Source of the DNA: Eledone cirrhosa
Taxonomy: Eukaryota
NCBI GenBank assembly: GCA_964016885.1
Contig: OZ024746.1
Span: 49,910,001 to 49,974,000, forward strand
DNA: 64,000 nucleotides
Direction: 5' to 3'
How positions within the stretch are numbered: position 1 is the stretch's first letter; each line of letters begins with the position of its first letter. Positions 13,995 through 28,674 of this stretch are shown here, piece after piece. The notes under the pieces are model-generated. The model did no database searches. It saw nothing but the letters and a program-made list of their open reading frames with translations, and was not told where the DNA came from. Position numbers and translations under genes: made by a program.

Positions 13995-16900
13995 AGTTGC
14001 ATTTATCTTGCTTTATGTTCATACGAGTTATCACCAAGTCACAACATGCATCTTTAGGTGTTTAGACTTGTGATGTACTTATATTGACAGAATATTCCTT
14101 AGTATATGGGCAGTTCCCATTAGTACTATCTTTTGTATTTCTCCTATACGCGGGTTTCCTGGGATTTGCGATAAGTAATCATTAGACCCCTTAGGTATCA
14201 TTCCCAGAGCGCCTACAACCACTGGTATTGTTTTAGTTCTCAATTTCCACATTTTTCCAATTTCTATCTCCAGGTCCTTATACTTGCTCAATTTTTCAAA
14301 TGTTTTTATAGATACATTCTTGTCTATTGGAACGGACATATCAATTAGCAGGCATACCCTCTTTTTAAAGTCCTTCAATATTATATCAGGTCTATTTGCA
14401 TCTATTTTTCGGTCTGTTTGGATGCTAAAGTTCCACAAGATTGAGATGTGATCTTTTGCAAGTATGGGAGGTGGTTGATGCTCCCACCAATTCTTTTGAT
14501 GGGGCAGGTCAAAATGCTTACACATTATCCAATGTATGTATTGTGCAGCTCTGTCATGCCTGTTTAGGTATTCGGTTGGAGCTATAGGACTGCACATTGA
14601 AATTATATGGTCAATGGTCTCTGGTTGTTTTTTGCATATACGGCATAATGGGCTGCATCCATTTTTTATTATGTTGGCTTGGTAATTTTTTGTTGGCAGA
14701 CACTGATCTTGTGCTGATATAATCAGTCCTTCAGTCTCCGATTTCAGTCCAGAGGATGCCAACCACTGATGGGTTAAAGTTTTGTCAACATCAGGATTGT
14801 TAGCTCGCTCTGGGTATTTTCCATACAGAGGCTTTCCTTGCCATTTCTTAGCCAGTTTCTGTAGCAGTTCTTTGTTTGCAGTTACTTTTACCTGCTTTGC
14901 TTTTTCTGTGTTTTCCATTTCAGCAGTAAATGGGACTTCTGAAATTTGTAGTCCATTACTGTATCTTTGTGCATCTTTTGTAATGGAATATGATCTTTTG
15001 ATGCTTTCGTGTTTCAAAACGAGTTTGATCATCCAATCATGTGATTCCCTTAGATATGTAGATAATCCAATTGATGCAGTTTTCAACGCAATATCTAACT
15101 GGATTAACCCACGTCCTCCTTCTTTCCTAGAGAGATATATTCTATCTGTATCTGCCTTAGGGTGATGAATTCTGTGCATGGTTAAGAATTTTCGAATTTT
15201 TGTATCGAGCCTACGGATCTCTGTGCTTGACCAGTTGATGACATTGTAACTGTAGGTTACTACTGGTATGGCAAGCGTGTTTATGGCATCGATCCTATTC
15301 CTTGCATTCAATTTCGTTCTTAAGATTGCTCTTACTCTGCGGTAACATTCCTTCCTTATCCTTTCCCTCATTGTCGAGTGCGTGATTCCGTCTCCTTCAC
15401 AAACACCTAGATATTTGTAAGAATTTTCTTGATCAAGTTCTCCTATCACATTCCCCTGATCAAGATTAATGTCTGAACTCTTCAGCAGGTATCCTCTGGT
15501 GAACGTTGCTTTGGCGCATTTATCTAGTCCAAACTCCATTTTAATGTCATCACTGAACTGCTCCACAGTGGATAATAGCCCTTGCAATTGTTCATCATTT
15601 TTTACAAATAGTTTCAGGTCATCCATGTAGAACAAGTGATTAATGGTTTTGTCATAGACATGTTTTGTTTCATTGAGCATTTTACTTAATGGTATAAGTG
15701 CGATGCAGAATAAAAGCGGTGATAAAGAGTCTCCCTGAAAAATTCCACAATTAATATTAACTTCTCCAGCTTCCAGTGATTTTGTTTCACTATTCAAAAG
15801 GAGTGTCGTTTTCCATGTCTTCATACTGAATGACAAAAACCTCCTGACAACGGAGGATATTTTGAAAATCTCTAAGCATTTTTCAATCCAACTGTGTGGC
15901 AAACTATCGAATGCTTTTTTATAATCTATCCAAGCAATTGATAGATTTTTGTGTCTATTATGACAATCTTCCAGTATCATTTTGTTAACCAAAAGCTGAT
16001 CCTTACAGCCATATGAGCCTCGTTTACACCCTTTCTGCTCAATGGGAAATAGGTCATTTGTTATCAGGTGGTCATATGTGTATTCAGTTAGGACTGATGT
16101 TAAAATTTTATACATTGTGGTCAAGCAAGTTATCGGTCTGTAATTTTTGGGATTGTTTGTCTCATCATTCTTCGGAAGCAGGAATGTAATGCCGTGATGG
16201 TATCTTTTCTTGCTCCTTAACTATTTCATTGTAAATTTGGGTTAACAGCTCATGAGACTCTGTGAAGGCATTTATCCAAAAATGTTGTATTTTGTCTTTT
16301 CCTGGGGATTTCCATTTGCTGGTTTTTCTTAGAGCCAGGCGCAACTGTTCAACTGTTATATTTTCCCATATTTGTTCCTCGAGGTGAGCTGTATCTTTCA
16401 TTTGTCTATCTATCCATGGGGGATGTATGTTATGAACTTTTTCTTCGGTCCAGATCTTTTCCCAGAATTCTTGCACTTCCTCCTTGGGTGGTATTGATTT
16501 AGCAGTTATTGTTGACTTACCAATTTTTCTGTAGAAGTTTCTTTGGTTGTTTTTGAACATATTATTGTCCTTATAGAATCTAGATCGTTTTTCAAAGCGC
16601 CTTATACGAGCAGCTTTGGCCGACACTTTTTTCTTGATTATTTCTATCAGCATGTCTATGTCACTTGTTGATTTTATACTGTACTTTCTTTTCAATTTTC
16701 TAAGTTTAGTTTGTTTAACATGTTCACCTACTTTATAGTTTGTTAAAATGTCTATGTCAGATCGGTGAAGGTTTATTTGGCGATTGATGTTCTCTTGCCA
16801 AGTAGATTTCTTGTGGGAATTCCTTTGTTTTTTCATCTTCACTCCACATAAGTGAGTGGTGACTTTAGCCGATGCATAATAGAGATGATTTAAATCAGTA

Positions 16901-18800
16901 ATGTTTAGTTTGTTTGTGATGATAATGTTTTTGAGAATTATGTTAGTCTTGTGTATTATCTTTTGGTTCTGTTTGGAGTTCTGGATCTTAGGGAGGGTGT
17001 CTCGTTGCCCCATGTCAGATTCTTTCATTTTCATCCATTCGATCATAATTTCATCCTTCAAGTTGGCAAGTTCATCCTCATTCATTTCTTTATCATTTAC
17101 GACACATGTTTCATTTTCCCTTCGCTAACTTTGTGCTAATAGCTTGATTTGATCAATTTCTATATCAGTTAGTATCTTTTTTTTTACAATATTTCTTCGT
17201 ATATTGGCTAGTTTGTTACTGTCAATATAGCCTCTGTTTTCGGGATGTTTCTTTTTCCAGTTGATATATGTCTGTTCTGTATTCGATGTATTTGATGGGT
17301 AGTACATGGCAGTGTAGAAAGCCTCAAGGACTTCTTTATTATCTTCCCTTGACCATTTTTCTCTCTTTTTCTTTGGATTTCTTGGTGGTGAGCATGGAGG
17401 GCCAACAGTAGGAGTATTCCGGTTATGGGAGGTCTCCAGCTCCGAAGTGATGGGAAGGTTTGAACCATTAGCTGATTTTTCGACCCCAGTCTGGTTCCTC
17501 TCTGAGGGACGCGGCCCTTTTTCACCCGGGTGACGGCCGATCCGGTATGAGATTTTATCATTAGACATTTACTTTATTTTGTCGCGTTTTATCCTTATCC
17601 GCCAAGGGGTAATCATTTCGTGTTACCACTTCTAGAACGAGTGTCAACCAAGACTAGAGGGGTCGTTCTCCCCTAGAGACACGGCTATTCCCCGCCGGCC
17701 GCCATCCCGGTATTTCTTGGTCACGGGGTTTTCTTTTTTGTTGTTTTTTTAAATTGTTATTATCATGAGTGGTTCCTTAATGTGAGCATTGCGTGGCTTA
17801 AGAATGAAATTATTAATAATTGTCTCCACTCCAGGCACAAGGCCAGCAATCACCCAGTGCATTACAATAATATAATATACTTTTTGCTGAAGTTGCCTGT
17901 TATTGTTGTTGGCTATGTCGGTGTTGGTGCTGGGGCTTTTTATATTGTTGGTGGGGAAGAGAGGAGCCAGCAGTGCCATAGTTGTTGACGTTTGGCCGGT
18001 GGCCGGGTCACTAAGTCAATCTATTTATATCTTTTGCTAGCTTCTCCCTTGTCTAGTGATACCGCCACCATCCCCTTTCTTAAGTTAACAGGGGAATAGT
18101 GGTGGTAGCAATGAAGGAGTGGTGGCGGCGGTGAAAGGGATAGTGGTAGCAATGATGGATGGAGTGGTGGCGACGGTGGCGTTGTCGTTACTGAGTTTTG
18201 TTGAATCGACTTATGTTTTTGATATGTAGTATCTATGCGTTTGTGTCGCGTATGTTTAATATATGTGTTGAATAGACTAGTTTTGTTTGATCTGTAGTAT
18301 CTATGCGTTTGTGTCGCGTATGTTTAATATATGTGTTGACATATTTCCGTAATATTGGAATTAAACATTTGGTTAAAACTTCAGACAATAATAATAGTAA
18401 TTATTATTCTGATGCTGGGATTGGTGGTGGTGGTGGTGGTGAAATTGCCGTTATCTGGCTGTTATATTTAGTGTACACAGCGGGGTGATGGGGTAGGTGG
18501 TGTATCAAGTTTCTGGTGTTGGTGAAATTGCTGTTATTTGGCTGTTTTATATAGTGTAGACAGAGGGGGTTTTCTTCCATTTCTAACCATTTTTTTTTTT
18601 AATATGAAATATATAATACAAAATTGATTATTTGAGCGGTATAACAATATATTATGGATCCGAAATTTTATGAGACTTGATTCGGTGGTTTATGCATCAT
18701 TTGTACTAAGAATTGTTATTTCACATTTGATTTAAATATGTTAAAAATCAAAAACTTACGGGAGCGATTTCATGACCTTCTAGCACCACGTGCGTGTTCT
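13993..18800 (-). mobile_element. Near full-length R4/Dong-like element (family A)
   Basis: Leader + ORF pieces 17125-17568, 16165-17085, 14079-16124; (TAA)n at both ends, (GAA)n at the 5' end. Confidence 0.93.
14079..17568 (-). pseudogene. R4-clade polyprotein (RT + CCHC + restriction-like endonuclease), disrupted near 17125 and 16165
   Basis: EQKGCKRGSYGCKDQL, WIDYKKAFDSLPH, GIFQGDSLSP, YMDDLK, YKYLG, GGRGL, CRIC..ETIDHIISMC, RHD, NRPD..D..EKLSKY. Confidence 0.93.
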
Positions 18801-18836
18801 TCCCTTATCTTTTTCTTCTTCTTCTTCTTCTTCTTC

Positions 18837-18886
<50 letters not shown>

Positions 18887-18894
18887 GTTGTTGT

Positions 18895-19300
18895 TATTCC
18901 TTGAATCTCAGTCATTGACGTTGGTTAACTGGAAAGTCCGTTGGATTGAATATCAAGCCACTACCTGCAGCCTCAGATATTCAGGACGTATCGGAGGGTT
19001 CTTGCTGTTCCAAGCAAGCATGCCTTTTGAAGCGTTCCAAAAAGCGTGAAGGTGCCGATTTTCTTTAACCATCCCTGGAAACTTTTGGAGATAGTCCCCA
19101 GTGCGCCTATGACAATCGGGATCACTTTGACTTCATGGCAGTTCCAAATCCTTTTCACCTCCCACTTTAGGTCCTGGTATCGGTTAATTTTCTCCCTCTC
19201 CTTCTCTTGCACTCTCGTGTCGAACGGGCAGGCCACATCCACAATCAGACACGATCTTTTTTCTTTGTCCACAACCACCAGGTCAGGTCTATTGTGTTCC
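18895..19300 (-). mobile_element. ~400-bp 3' fragment of family B
   Basis: ORF 18973-19278; (TAA)n on both sides. Confidence 0.9.
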
Positions 19301-19347
<47 letters not shown>

Positions 19348-20118
19348 TGCTGCTGTTGCGCCCAGACGAGTTGCTCTATCAACAGATGTATATCAGATGT
19401 GGTTGCTGTCCCTGCAGTTAAATCTGATGGGCATTCACGAGGCCATACCGAAAGCGTTTTGTTACGACATTAGCTATTTAGCGTCAATTGGATTGCATTA
19501 TAATAAGCGCCACATTATGTACTGAACATCGGAAATTAGCAACAGCTGTATTCGTAATATCAGAAATTTAATTACCGGCATCAATGAAAGGAAATAAAGA
19601 AATTGCCACAGCATTATTCCATTAGTAGAAAATTCCGGTGTAACGGTGCCAGAATTAATATACGCCTTCTTTACGGTAAATATCTCAACAAGAAGTTGGT
19701 ACACTGCACTAAAGTGAATTTAGCAAACCAGAGCAAATGCACATATTTAGGTTAAACTGAATGTACCTTCATGAACAGCTATACACATATATTCATTCAG
19801 GCACCCAGTCGAAAGAAACACTACCTTCTTCTCACAACACATTTTAAAAGTTTAAAAGTTTTGAATATTGTGGTTAATGGTAAAATTTGCCAAATAATAT
19901 TCTGGAAGATGAAATTTTTCATTTTGACATTCCTTGTCAACTTGAATCTTATCAGCCAAAATAAGTTTATTTTAAGAAACTTTGTCCTACCTTGAGGCTG
20001 AATACAGCAACATAGGTGAAATTCTATTGAAATTAGTCGATTTAATTTTTCAATTCCTTGAAATTCTGCAAGTCATTTGGAATCCATCAAATTTAATGTC
20101 AAATGCTCTCTAATATAT

Positions 20119-20327
20119 GATTTCTAGTATAGGCACATTTTTCTTTTGGTGGGAGGAGTCGATTAAATCGACGCCAATACGTTACAGGTGCTTTATTTTA
20201 CTGACCCGGTAAGGATGAAAGGCAAAGTTAACCTCGGCGGGATTTGAACTCAGATCGTAAATGACCGTAATTCTATGCTCCAAATCATAGCGTCCGACTC
20301 TCTACCGTTACTGCCAACCCACCGCTC
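20119..20327 (-). mobile_element. tRNA-derived SINE with 20-bp target-site duplication
   Basis: A-box/B-box on minus strand; tcaaatgctctctaatatat at 20099-20118 and 20328-20347. Confidence 0.88.
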
Positions 20328-20432
20328 TCAAATGCTCTCTAATATATAAATGATGTTTTAAAGGATTTAACACAAGATTATAAGATGCTATTAAACTGTC
20401 GTGTCTATTCTTTCGTACTTTCTCTCATTATA

Positions 20433-20620
20433 GGGGTTGATTGGCAGTGTCGGTAGAGGGTCGGACGCCATGCTTTGACGCATAGAGTAACGGCCCTTGC
20501 CATTCTGAGTTCAAATCCCGCCGAGGTTAACTTTGCCTTTCATCCTTACGGGGTCGATAAAATAAAGTATCAGTAATGTACTGGGTAATTGCTGGCCTTG
20601 TGCCAAAAAGTAGAAACAAA
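20433..20620 (+). mobile_element. tRNA-derived SINE
   Basis: A box TGGCAGTGTCGG, B box GAGTTCAAATCC, shared core and GTAGAAACAA end. Confidence 0.9.
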
Positions 20621-20784
20621 TATAGGAACAACTAGCTTCCGTCATATGATTATAGCCAACATTTCCTCTTCATTTTACTGGATATCTTTTCATTTGGCTT
20701 TACTGCACCAGTTTATTTATTTTTCTAATCGATGACCGTGTTGTTAAGGAGTTCGCGTGGTAGACAAAACCTGCAGAAGCCCGT

Positions 20785-20950
<166 letters not shown>

Positions 20951-21351
20951 ATATATAACACTTTCTCTCTCTTTCACAGTTATAAATATATTCGTGATTT
21001 GAAACATCATTTATGATGCGCTCGCTAGTTGTCGCATTTCTCAGCACCACTTCTTTCTTTCTTCCGCTTTTCCTCTCTTGTACATTTGTCTTTTTTTCGT
21101 CACCTCCCTCAACTGTCCTCTTTTTATGTCATTTTTCTTTCCTTGTACCTTCACACTATATTTTGCTAACCTATAATACGCTATTCAACTGTCATATTTA
21201 TTCATATATTTAAGTACTAAAATATCAAATTTTATAGGCTTTGCCTTCACAAAATGTTTATAACAGTTTCAACCTGCAAGAATTTATTTTCTGGAATTAT
21301 GGCGAAGTGTTTTGAGTAAGCAGTGATGCAAAACCAACGATGTTGCTGGAG

Positions 21352-21547
21352 GTTGGTGGCAGAATCGTTAGAGTTTCGGTCAAAATGCCTTGCGGTATTT
21401 ATTTGCGTTCCGAGTTCCAATCGTGTCGAGGTCAATTTTGCCTTTCACAATTTTGGAATCGACGAAATAAAGTACCAGCTATGTACTGGGGAATAGTTAA
21501 TTACCCTCGTAATATTTCTGACATTGTGCCTATGTTACAAACAGATT
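21352..21547 (+). mobile_element. Diverged SINE copy
   Basis: tggcagaatcgttagag...gagttccaa...ttttgcctttcac...aaataaagtaccag. Confidence 0.7.
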
Positions 21548-21607
21548 TTGTTATAACCAAGTCAGATTTATGTATTGAATGCATCTTACCTATATTTCTA
21601 TAAGCCG

Positions 21608-21687
<80 letters not shown>

Positions 21688-22058
21688 ATCTTAATAGCCA
21701 TTTGACACACATCCCTTGCTAACCATTATCACAACATCGAACACCTTACTACTACTACACACACACACACACACACACACACATATTTGTTGTGAAAGAG
21801 TCATTTCTCAATCTTGGCGCAAAACCAATTTTTTATTCACATGACCTCTATCGACCAATCAAAATTGTTTTGACCACAAGAATTTTATATATATATATAT
21901 GTGTATGTATGTATATGTATATATATGTCCCGTAGAAATCATTTCTATATAAAATAAATAAATAAATACATACACACATAATAAAATAAATAAATACATA
22001 CACATATATGTAAATAGATAGTTAGATAAATAAATGCATGTTTATATATATATATAAA

Positions 22059-22094
<36 letters not shown>

Positions 22095-22499
22095 CACACA
22101 CACACATATATGTAAATAGATCGTTAGATAAATAGATACATACATATATATATATACACACACACACACATATGTAAATATAGCTTGTTAGATAAATAGA
22201 TACATACATGCACACATGCATGCATGCAGATACACAATTACAAGTACACTTGCATGGTTTATTTATATATACATTTATATATGATACAGACTATTTATAA
22301 CAATTTCTATATAAGTAAGATAGATTACAGTAGTGGGAAAAACAACATCAATAACAACAAAACAAACAACCCCACATCCAGCTCGACCCCCCCCCCCCCC
22401 ACACCACCGAACGCTCCCTACCAGCTCCTATCACTAATAGACTACAAGTATGAAAGTAGTAGCAACAACAATTATAAGGACACTAGCAGCAATACCTAG

Positions 22500-22526
22500 A
22501 GTACAACAACCGCTACAGAACAACAA

Positions 22527-22557
<31 letters not shown>

Positions 22558-23540
22558 AACACAACAACAACAACAAGAGCTACAGCAACAACAGGGACGC
22601 CCACAACAGCTAAAACAACGTGAACAACATTTACAACAGCAACAACAATATCAACAACAAAAGTTACAACAACAATGGTTACAACACGAAAAAACAATTG
22701 GCAAAGCCAGCAACTCCTACGCCAACAGCAACAACAGTTACAACAACAAAAACAGCCACAACAACAACAACAATAACACAACCACAACTGTGACAACGAC
22801 ATCACAACAGCCACAACAACAACAGCAATAACACAACCTCAACTGTGACAACGATATCACAACAGCCACAACTACAACAATAACACAACCACAACCGTGA
22901 GAACGACATCACAACAGCCACAGCTACAACATTAACACAACCACAACTGTGACAACGACATCACAACAGCAGCAACAACAACAACAACAATAACACAACC
23001 ACAACTGTGACAACGACAGCAGAACAGCCACAACAACAACAATAACACAACCACAACTGTGACAACGACATCAGAACAGCCACAACAACAACAACAACTA
23101 CAGCAGCAACAACAGCTACAAGAACAAAACATTAGCTATAATAATAACAACAACAACAGCTAGAACAAAAACAACAACAACAGCAACAAGAGCTACAACA
23201 AAAACAACTACAAGAACTACAACAAAAACAACAACAACCGATAAGACGACCACATCAACAGCAACAACAACAACAACGAATACAACATCAACAACAACAA
23301 TTATAACAACAACAAGAGCTACAACTACAACAACAACAAGTGCTACAACTACAACAGCAAAACAACAAGAGCTACAACTACAACAACAACAACAACAACA
23401 AGAGCTACAAATACAACAACAACAGCAACAACAAGAGCTACAACTACAACAACATCAACAACAAGAGCTACAACTACAACAACAACAAGAGTTACAACAA
23501 CAACAACAGCAACAACACATACAACAACCACAACAAATAG
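22500..23540. repeat. (CAA)n-based compound repeat including a ~50-bp minisatellite and aagagctacaac units
   Basis: Recurring aacacaaccacaactgtgacaacgacatcacaacagcc at ~22775-23085; aagagctacaac units at ~23180-23500. Confidence 0.9.
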
Positions 23541-23839
23541 AAAAAAGCTTAACACAACGAAACCAATATTACATAACCTGAAGAGTAAGTGTGCTTAGTA
23601 AACATTCTTAGGTTCTAGTCACGGGTGGTTAAATCAGCAGTACTCGCTCTACTGCCAATTTCACCTGAAATGGTATTGCTATGCAACCATGGTAAACGAA
23701 CTATCAGGTGAGAATGGTAAATTAAGAAACGACATAAAGATGTTTCATACTGAAACTTAAGAACACCTCAAAATAACAAATGTATGAGATAGTTCTTAGA
23801 AAACTAAGAACGAGATACACGTGTGATATTTCTCCCCGA

Positions 23840-24295
23840 CCCCACCTTCTCTCTCTATCTCTCTTTTTCCTTCTCACTCTCACTCTCTTGTCTTTTACTA
23901 TCTCTCCCTCCCTTTCCCCTTCCCACTCTATCTCTCTATCTCTCTCTTTTTCCTTCTCACTCTCTCTTTCTCCCCAGCTACCTACTACCTCTCTCTCTAT
24001 TTCTCATTTTCCTTCTCTCTCTCTCTTCTCTCCTACTTACTATCGCTCTCTCTCTATTCCTCTTTTTCTTTCTCATTCTCACTCTCATCTCTCCTACTTA
24101 CTATCTCTCTATCTATCTCCTTTTCCTTCTCACTCTCTCTTTCTCCCCTCCTACTTACTATCTCTCTCTCTCTATCTCTCTCTTTCTCCTTCTCACTCTC
24201 TCTTTCTCCTTCTCACTCTTTCTTATCTCCTACTTACTATCTCTCTCTATTTTTCCTTCTCCTTCTCATTCTCTTTCTTTCCCTCCTTACCCCCA
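23840..24295. repeat. Polypyrimidine (CT-rich) low-complexity tract
   Basis: Read directly; recurring cctacttactatctct. Confidence 0.9.
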
Positions 24296-24368
24296 CCTAG
24301 CGCTTGTGTGTGTATATATTTATGTGTGCGCGTGTATACAAGTATGCATATATGTATGTTTGTGATAT

Positions 24369-24429
<61 letters not shown>

Positions 24430-24471
24430 ATTACACCCACATAGATATATATTTGATTATATATATTTGTA

Positions 24472-24510
<39 letters not shown>

Positions 24511-24514
<4 letters not shown>

Positions 24515-24573
24515 AAGTATGACCCCGACAGCAGAGCTCAAGCCGTTTCGACGGCTATTTCTGGACTATTCTG

Positions 24574-24577
<4 letters not shown>
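24511..24577 (+). mobile_element. Single arm of the (TA)n-inserted hairpin element
   Basis: gaccccgacagcagagctcaagccgtttcgacggctatttctggac matches 29188 and 31290. Confidence 0.8.
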
Positions 24578-24662
<85 letters not shown>

Positions 24663-24872
24663 TATATATATACGTATATATATATATATATATATATATA
24701 AATTTATTTATACATATATGAATTTCTATATAAATTTATATATGTATGTCGACAGTCGATCGACAAAATTTCCAGACCTCATACGCTTAACGAGTGGGGT
24801 GGAGCTCGTCAGATCGGACCGATGAAACAATGTTTCCATTGGTCTTTCCGACTATCTGCCGGTCGGAAATCC

Positions 24873-24968
24873 AGCAACGTGAAATAAAGTGTCTTGCTCA
24901 GACATAACGCATCACCCGGTCTTGTAATCGAACTCAGGATCTCACGATTGCGAATCCAATTCTCTAAC
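24873..24968 (-). mobile_element. Head of a second tRNA-derived SINE family
   Basis: Minus strand gtggttagag...gagttcgatt followed by tgagcaagacacttta (CORE-like segment by recollection). Confidence 0.6.
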
Positions 24969-25234
<266 letters not shown>

Positions 25235-25369
25235 CACAATATAGAGTTGGAAGGTAAAGAGGCTCGTAAACAGTATGAATAACGACGGGAAAAAAGTGAG
25301 AGAAGGTGTAGGGGAAAGAGAGTGTGTAGTGTGCAAAAAAAATTGCATGAAATGGATACTACAATGCAC

Positions 25370-25455
<86 letters not shown>

Positions 25456-25546
25456 GATGTATGTATTTGTGTTGCTTTTGTTTTTACAACGAAGAACGCA
25501 TCCACACCCCATTTAGATACAACTACTATACATTTATGTTATTATA

Positions 25547-25626
25547 TCCTTACGGGGTCGATAAAATAAAGTACCAGTAATGCACTGGATAATTGCCGGC
25601 CTTGTGCCTAAAGTAGAAACAATTAT
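25547..25626 (+). mobile_element. 3' SINE fragment
   Basis: atccttacggggtcgataaaataaagtaccag...gtagaaacaatta. Confidence 0.85.
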
Positions 25627-25703
25627 ATATATAACACGAATACTTACTATATCAGTTCTTGTGGAAATATTTTAACAATTGATATATATATATATATAAT
25701 TGT

Positions 25704-25772
<69 letters not shown>

Positions 25773-25784
25773 CTCTCCCTCTCA

Positions 25785-25815
<31 letters not shown>

Positions 25816-25819
<4 letters not shown>

Positions 25820-25870
25820 GTTATACCTTGGGAGGGTCATGGTGCCAATAAAAACACACGCACCTGTTGG
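25816..25870 (-). mobile_element. ~55-bp remnant of the Penelope-like pseudo-LTR end next to (TA)n
   Basis: attgttataccttgggagggtcatggtgccaataaaaacacacgcacc closely matches 35065-35115. Confidence 0.8.
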
Positions 25871-27849
25871 TGTGTGTGGATAAATCAGGAGCATTATAAC
25901 CCAATGATAATTTTCAGACCCCGATATATTTTATACTAAATTGTGAATAATAAACTATTAGTTTCGAGGCAATATTTCTATTCAGGTGGTGTATACTAAG
26001 GTCCATTGATTCAACCACATAATGTGATTCTTAAGACGAAAATGCAAAGAAATCTTTGCGCTAATAAGATAATGTTTTAAACGTGCGTTTTTATTGGTTT
26101 TGTATTCATGGGAATCTCGTATCTGTGTGTTCGGTGAATGTAAATGTGTGTCTGTGTGTGTGGTTGAAGAGTTTAAAATATGTGCGTTAGCCATTGCTTA
26201 CTGGGACGTATGTTTTTGTATTTATGTGTCCGTCGAGATGTATACGTGTGTGTGCAGGCATGTTTGTAGTAACACTCTGGTGCCAGCTAATGTGGGCATT
26301 TATAAAAAACAAAAAACAAACAAAACCAAACAAACGAAAAGAAGTAAGACATTTCTGAAAAAAGGATCGATTTAGTATCAAAGGCAAGTAAGTATTCATC
26401 AACTCGAACCTTAAAATTACAAAGGTAGACAACTCAAAATAGTAATATTTCTTAAAGAAAATTCTGATCTTTCCTTAAACCAAACGACCGAATCTTATTC
26501 ATAGACATTAATTCAAACCAAGTCTTTTCAGAATTCCACTGCCTAATTTGGCACGTCAACAACATTAAATCCAGTATTTTCAATAAATGCGGGCACATTG
26601 ACATACAAAACCTTCCAGTTAGAGTCACGTTAAGAATTATCCCAAAACAGCAAACCAATTTAAAAACAGACTCGATGAACATAATTACACATTCAGGATA
26701 TCGCAAGGAAAACTGGACACGAAGCCAGCAACATATATTTGGCATTTAAAAATAACATATTACGCCGCCGTGGATCCTTTCACACTATCAAATACTTTCT
26801 ATAGTCGTTGGAAAAGCTATCATTTCTGCAACATGTAATCAAAGCATTCAACAAACCGGAATAATTAATCTCCTCATTAATCTTTTCGATTAAGCATTGT
26901 TTTCTTTTTTCCTTTTTACACCTACAGATATTGCTACATACACACACTCATATATATGCACACATATATTGTTAGTGTGTATATTTTGTTGTTATTCTCT
27001 GCTTCATTTCCACATGTTGTCTCAACATTCTGTATAAAGCTCTTTCGAAACTGAATTAATAGATGTGACTCTGAAACCACGAATTCAATTCGTGTATTAT
27101 TGAGTGTTGATCGGGCCAACTCGTGTTTTGTTTCGTCCAGTGATATCGGCGATGTATTGCTATGTATAAGATGGAATGATTATGGGTGGAAAAAATTTGA
27201 TCATGAGTGTGCTTGTTGATGGCTGACTTGGGACTAAACAATTACGACAATAACAGGGGATAGATTAGGGATGAAGAATTCTCCTCATGTTTGAAAAAAG
27301 CAGCCAAATAGAACACATCTTACTCTGTTACGATAAAGAAAAATATATATTAGATAAAATAATATAGCCTTCAATACACTCACTATGTCTATAAGAAAAA
27401 ATAGGTATAATTATGGCTAGAACGCGGGGCTAAACAACATTAATGACAATGATGACAACGGCAACATTAATGACGACAACAACAACAACAGCAGCAACAA
27501 ACGATTGACATAATGTTAGAAGATGTAAGATGGAATGCTACTTGTGAGTTTCTAATTCCAGCTACTCCAAATTCTGGTGTCACGTTACACTGTAATACCT
27601 TCACAAACTTTTACTCGTTATGGGTTTGGCTTGTTTTTCTTTTTATATATTTTTTCATTGCTAAAATAAGTGACTTCTAGGCAGCCCAGCCACTACCAAG
27701 ACACCAACAGCCTATTGCATCACTACAAAACCAGCGACTCTACCTTTCTCGTGTCTGGTTCAGTGCAATTAAAAACTCTATCTCTCTCTCATACATACAC
27801 ACACACTCTCTCTTTCACTCACGTACACTATCTTTCTTACACACACACG

Positions 27850-27899
<50 letters not shown>

Positions 27900-27956
27900 C
27901 ACATGCATAAATATGTATATATACTTGCATATACAGACACAGAAACAGACACGGAT

Positions 27957-27991
<35 letters not shown>

Positions 27992-27992
27992 G

Positions 27993-28036
<44 letters not shown>

Positions 28037-28431
28037 TAAAACAGATTCGTTTCTCGATGGATACTGTAACATAACTATAATTAGGTGAGCATAAATATAT
28101 ACCAATACCTACCTATATGTGTATGCGTAGATTTAAACATAGTGTATATTATGGTATATAATAATATAATATATGTGTATAACGCCCCCCCCCCCCCCCA
28201 CGCACACACATACAAACACAGACTCATATATGTATATATATTCATATTTATATATATACTCACGAAATCGAATTTGCCGAAGATACTCTTCGAAGTGATA
28301 AGCAACCGTCTACATCAATTGTATGTTGAGTTACATGATAAGCAAGAATAAGCATTTACAATCAAATACATATAGAAATTTTAGTACTGTCTACATACAC
28401 ACACATACAAACGCACGCGCACACATACAAA

Positions 28432-28480
<49 letters not shown>

Positions 28481-28674
28481 ACACATGCATATACACACAC
28501 ACGCACACGCATGTATATACATATATAAGTAGGTAAGCGCTTATGTTTACAAACTAGATAAAAAAATGTACCCACGCAGAGTTTATAATCTTATTTATGA
28601 AGCCGGCACTGCACAGATTATAACTATTAGTTTCTTGTTACCGACCCTCATATATATATATATATATATATACA

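Noticed and set aside
19346-19720. Possible host exon in unique-looking sequence
   Set aside because: No recognisable protein motif or convincing splice-bounded frame.
22730-23100. Regularly spaced ~50-bp repeats resembling a CRISPR array
   Set aside because: No unique spacers and no cas genes; CAA-derived minisatellite in eukaryotic DNA.
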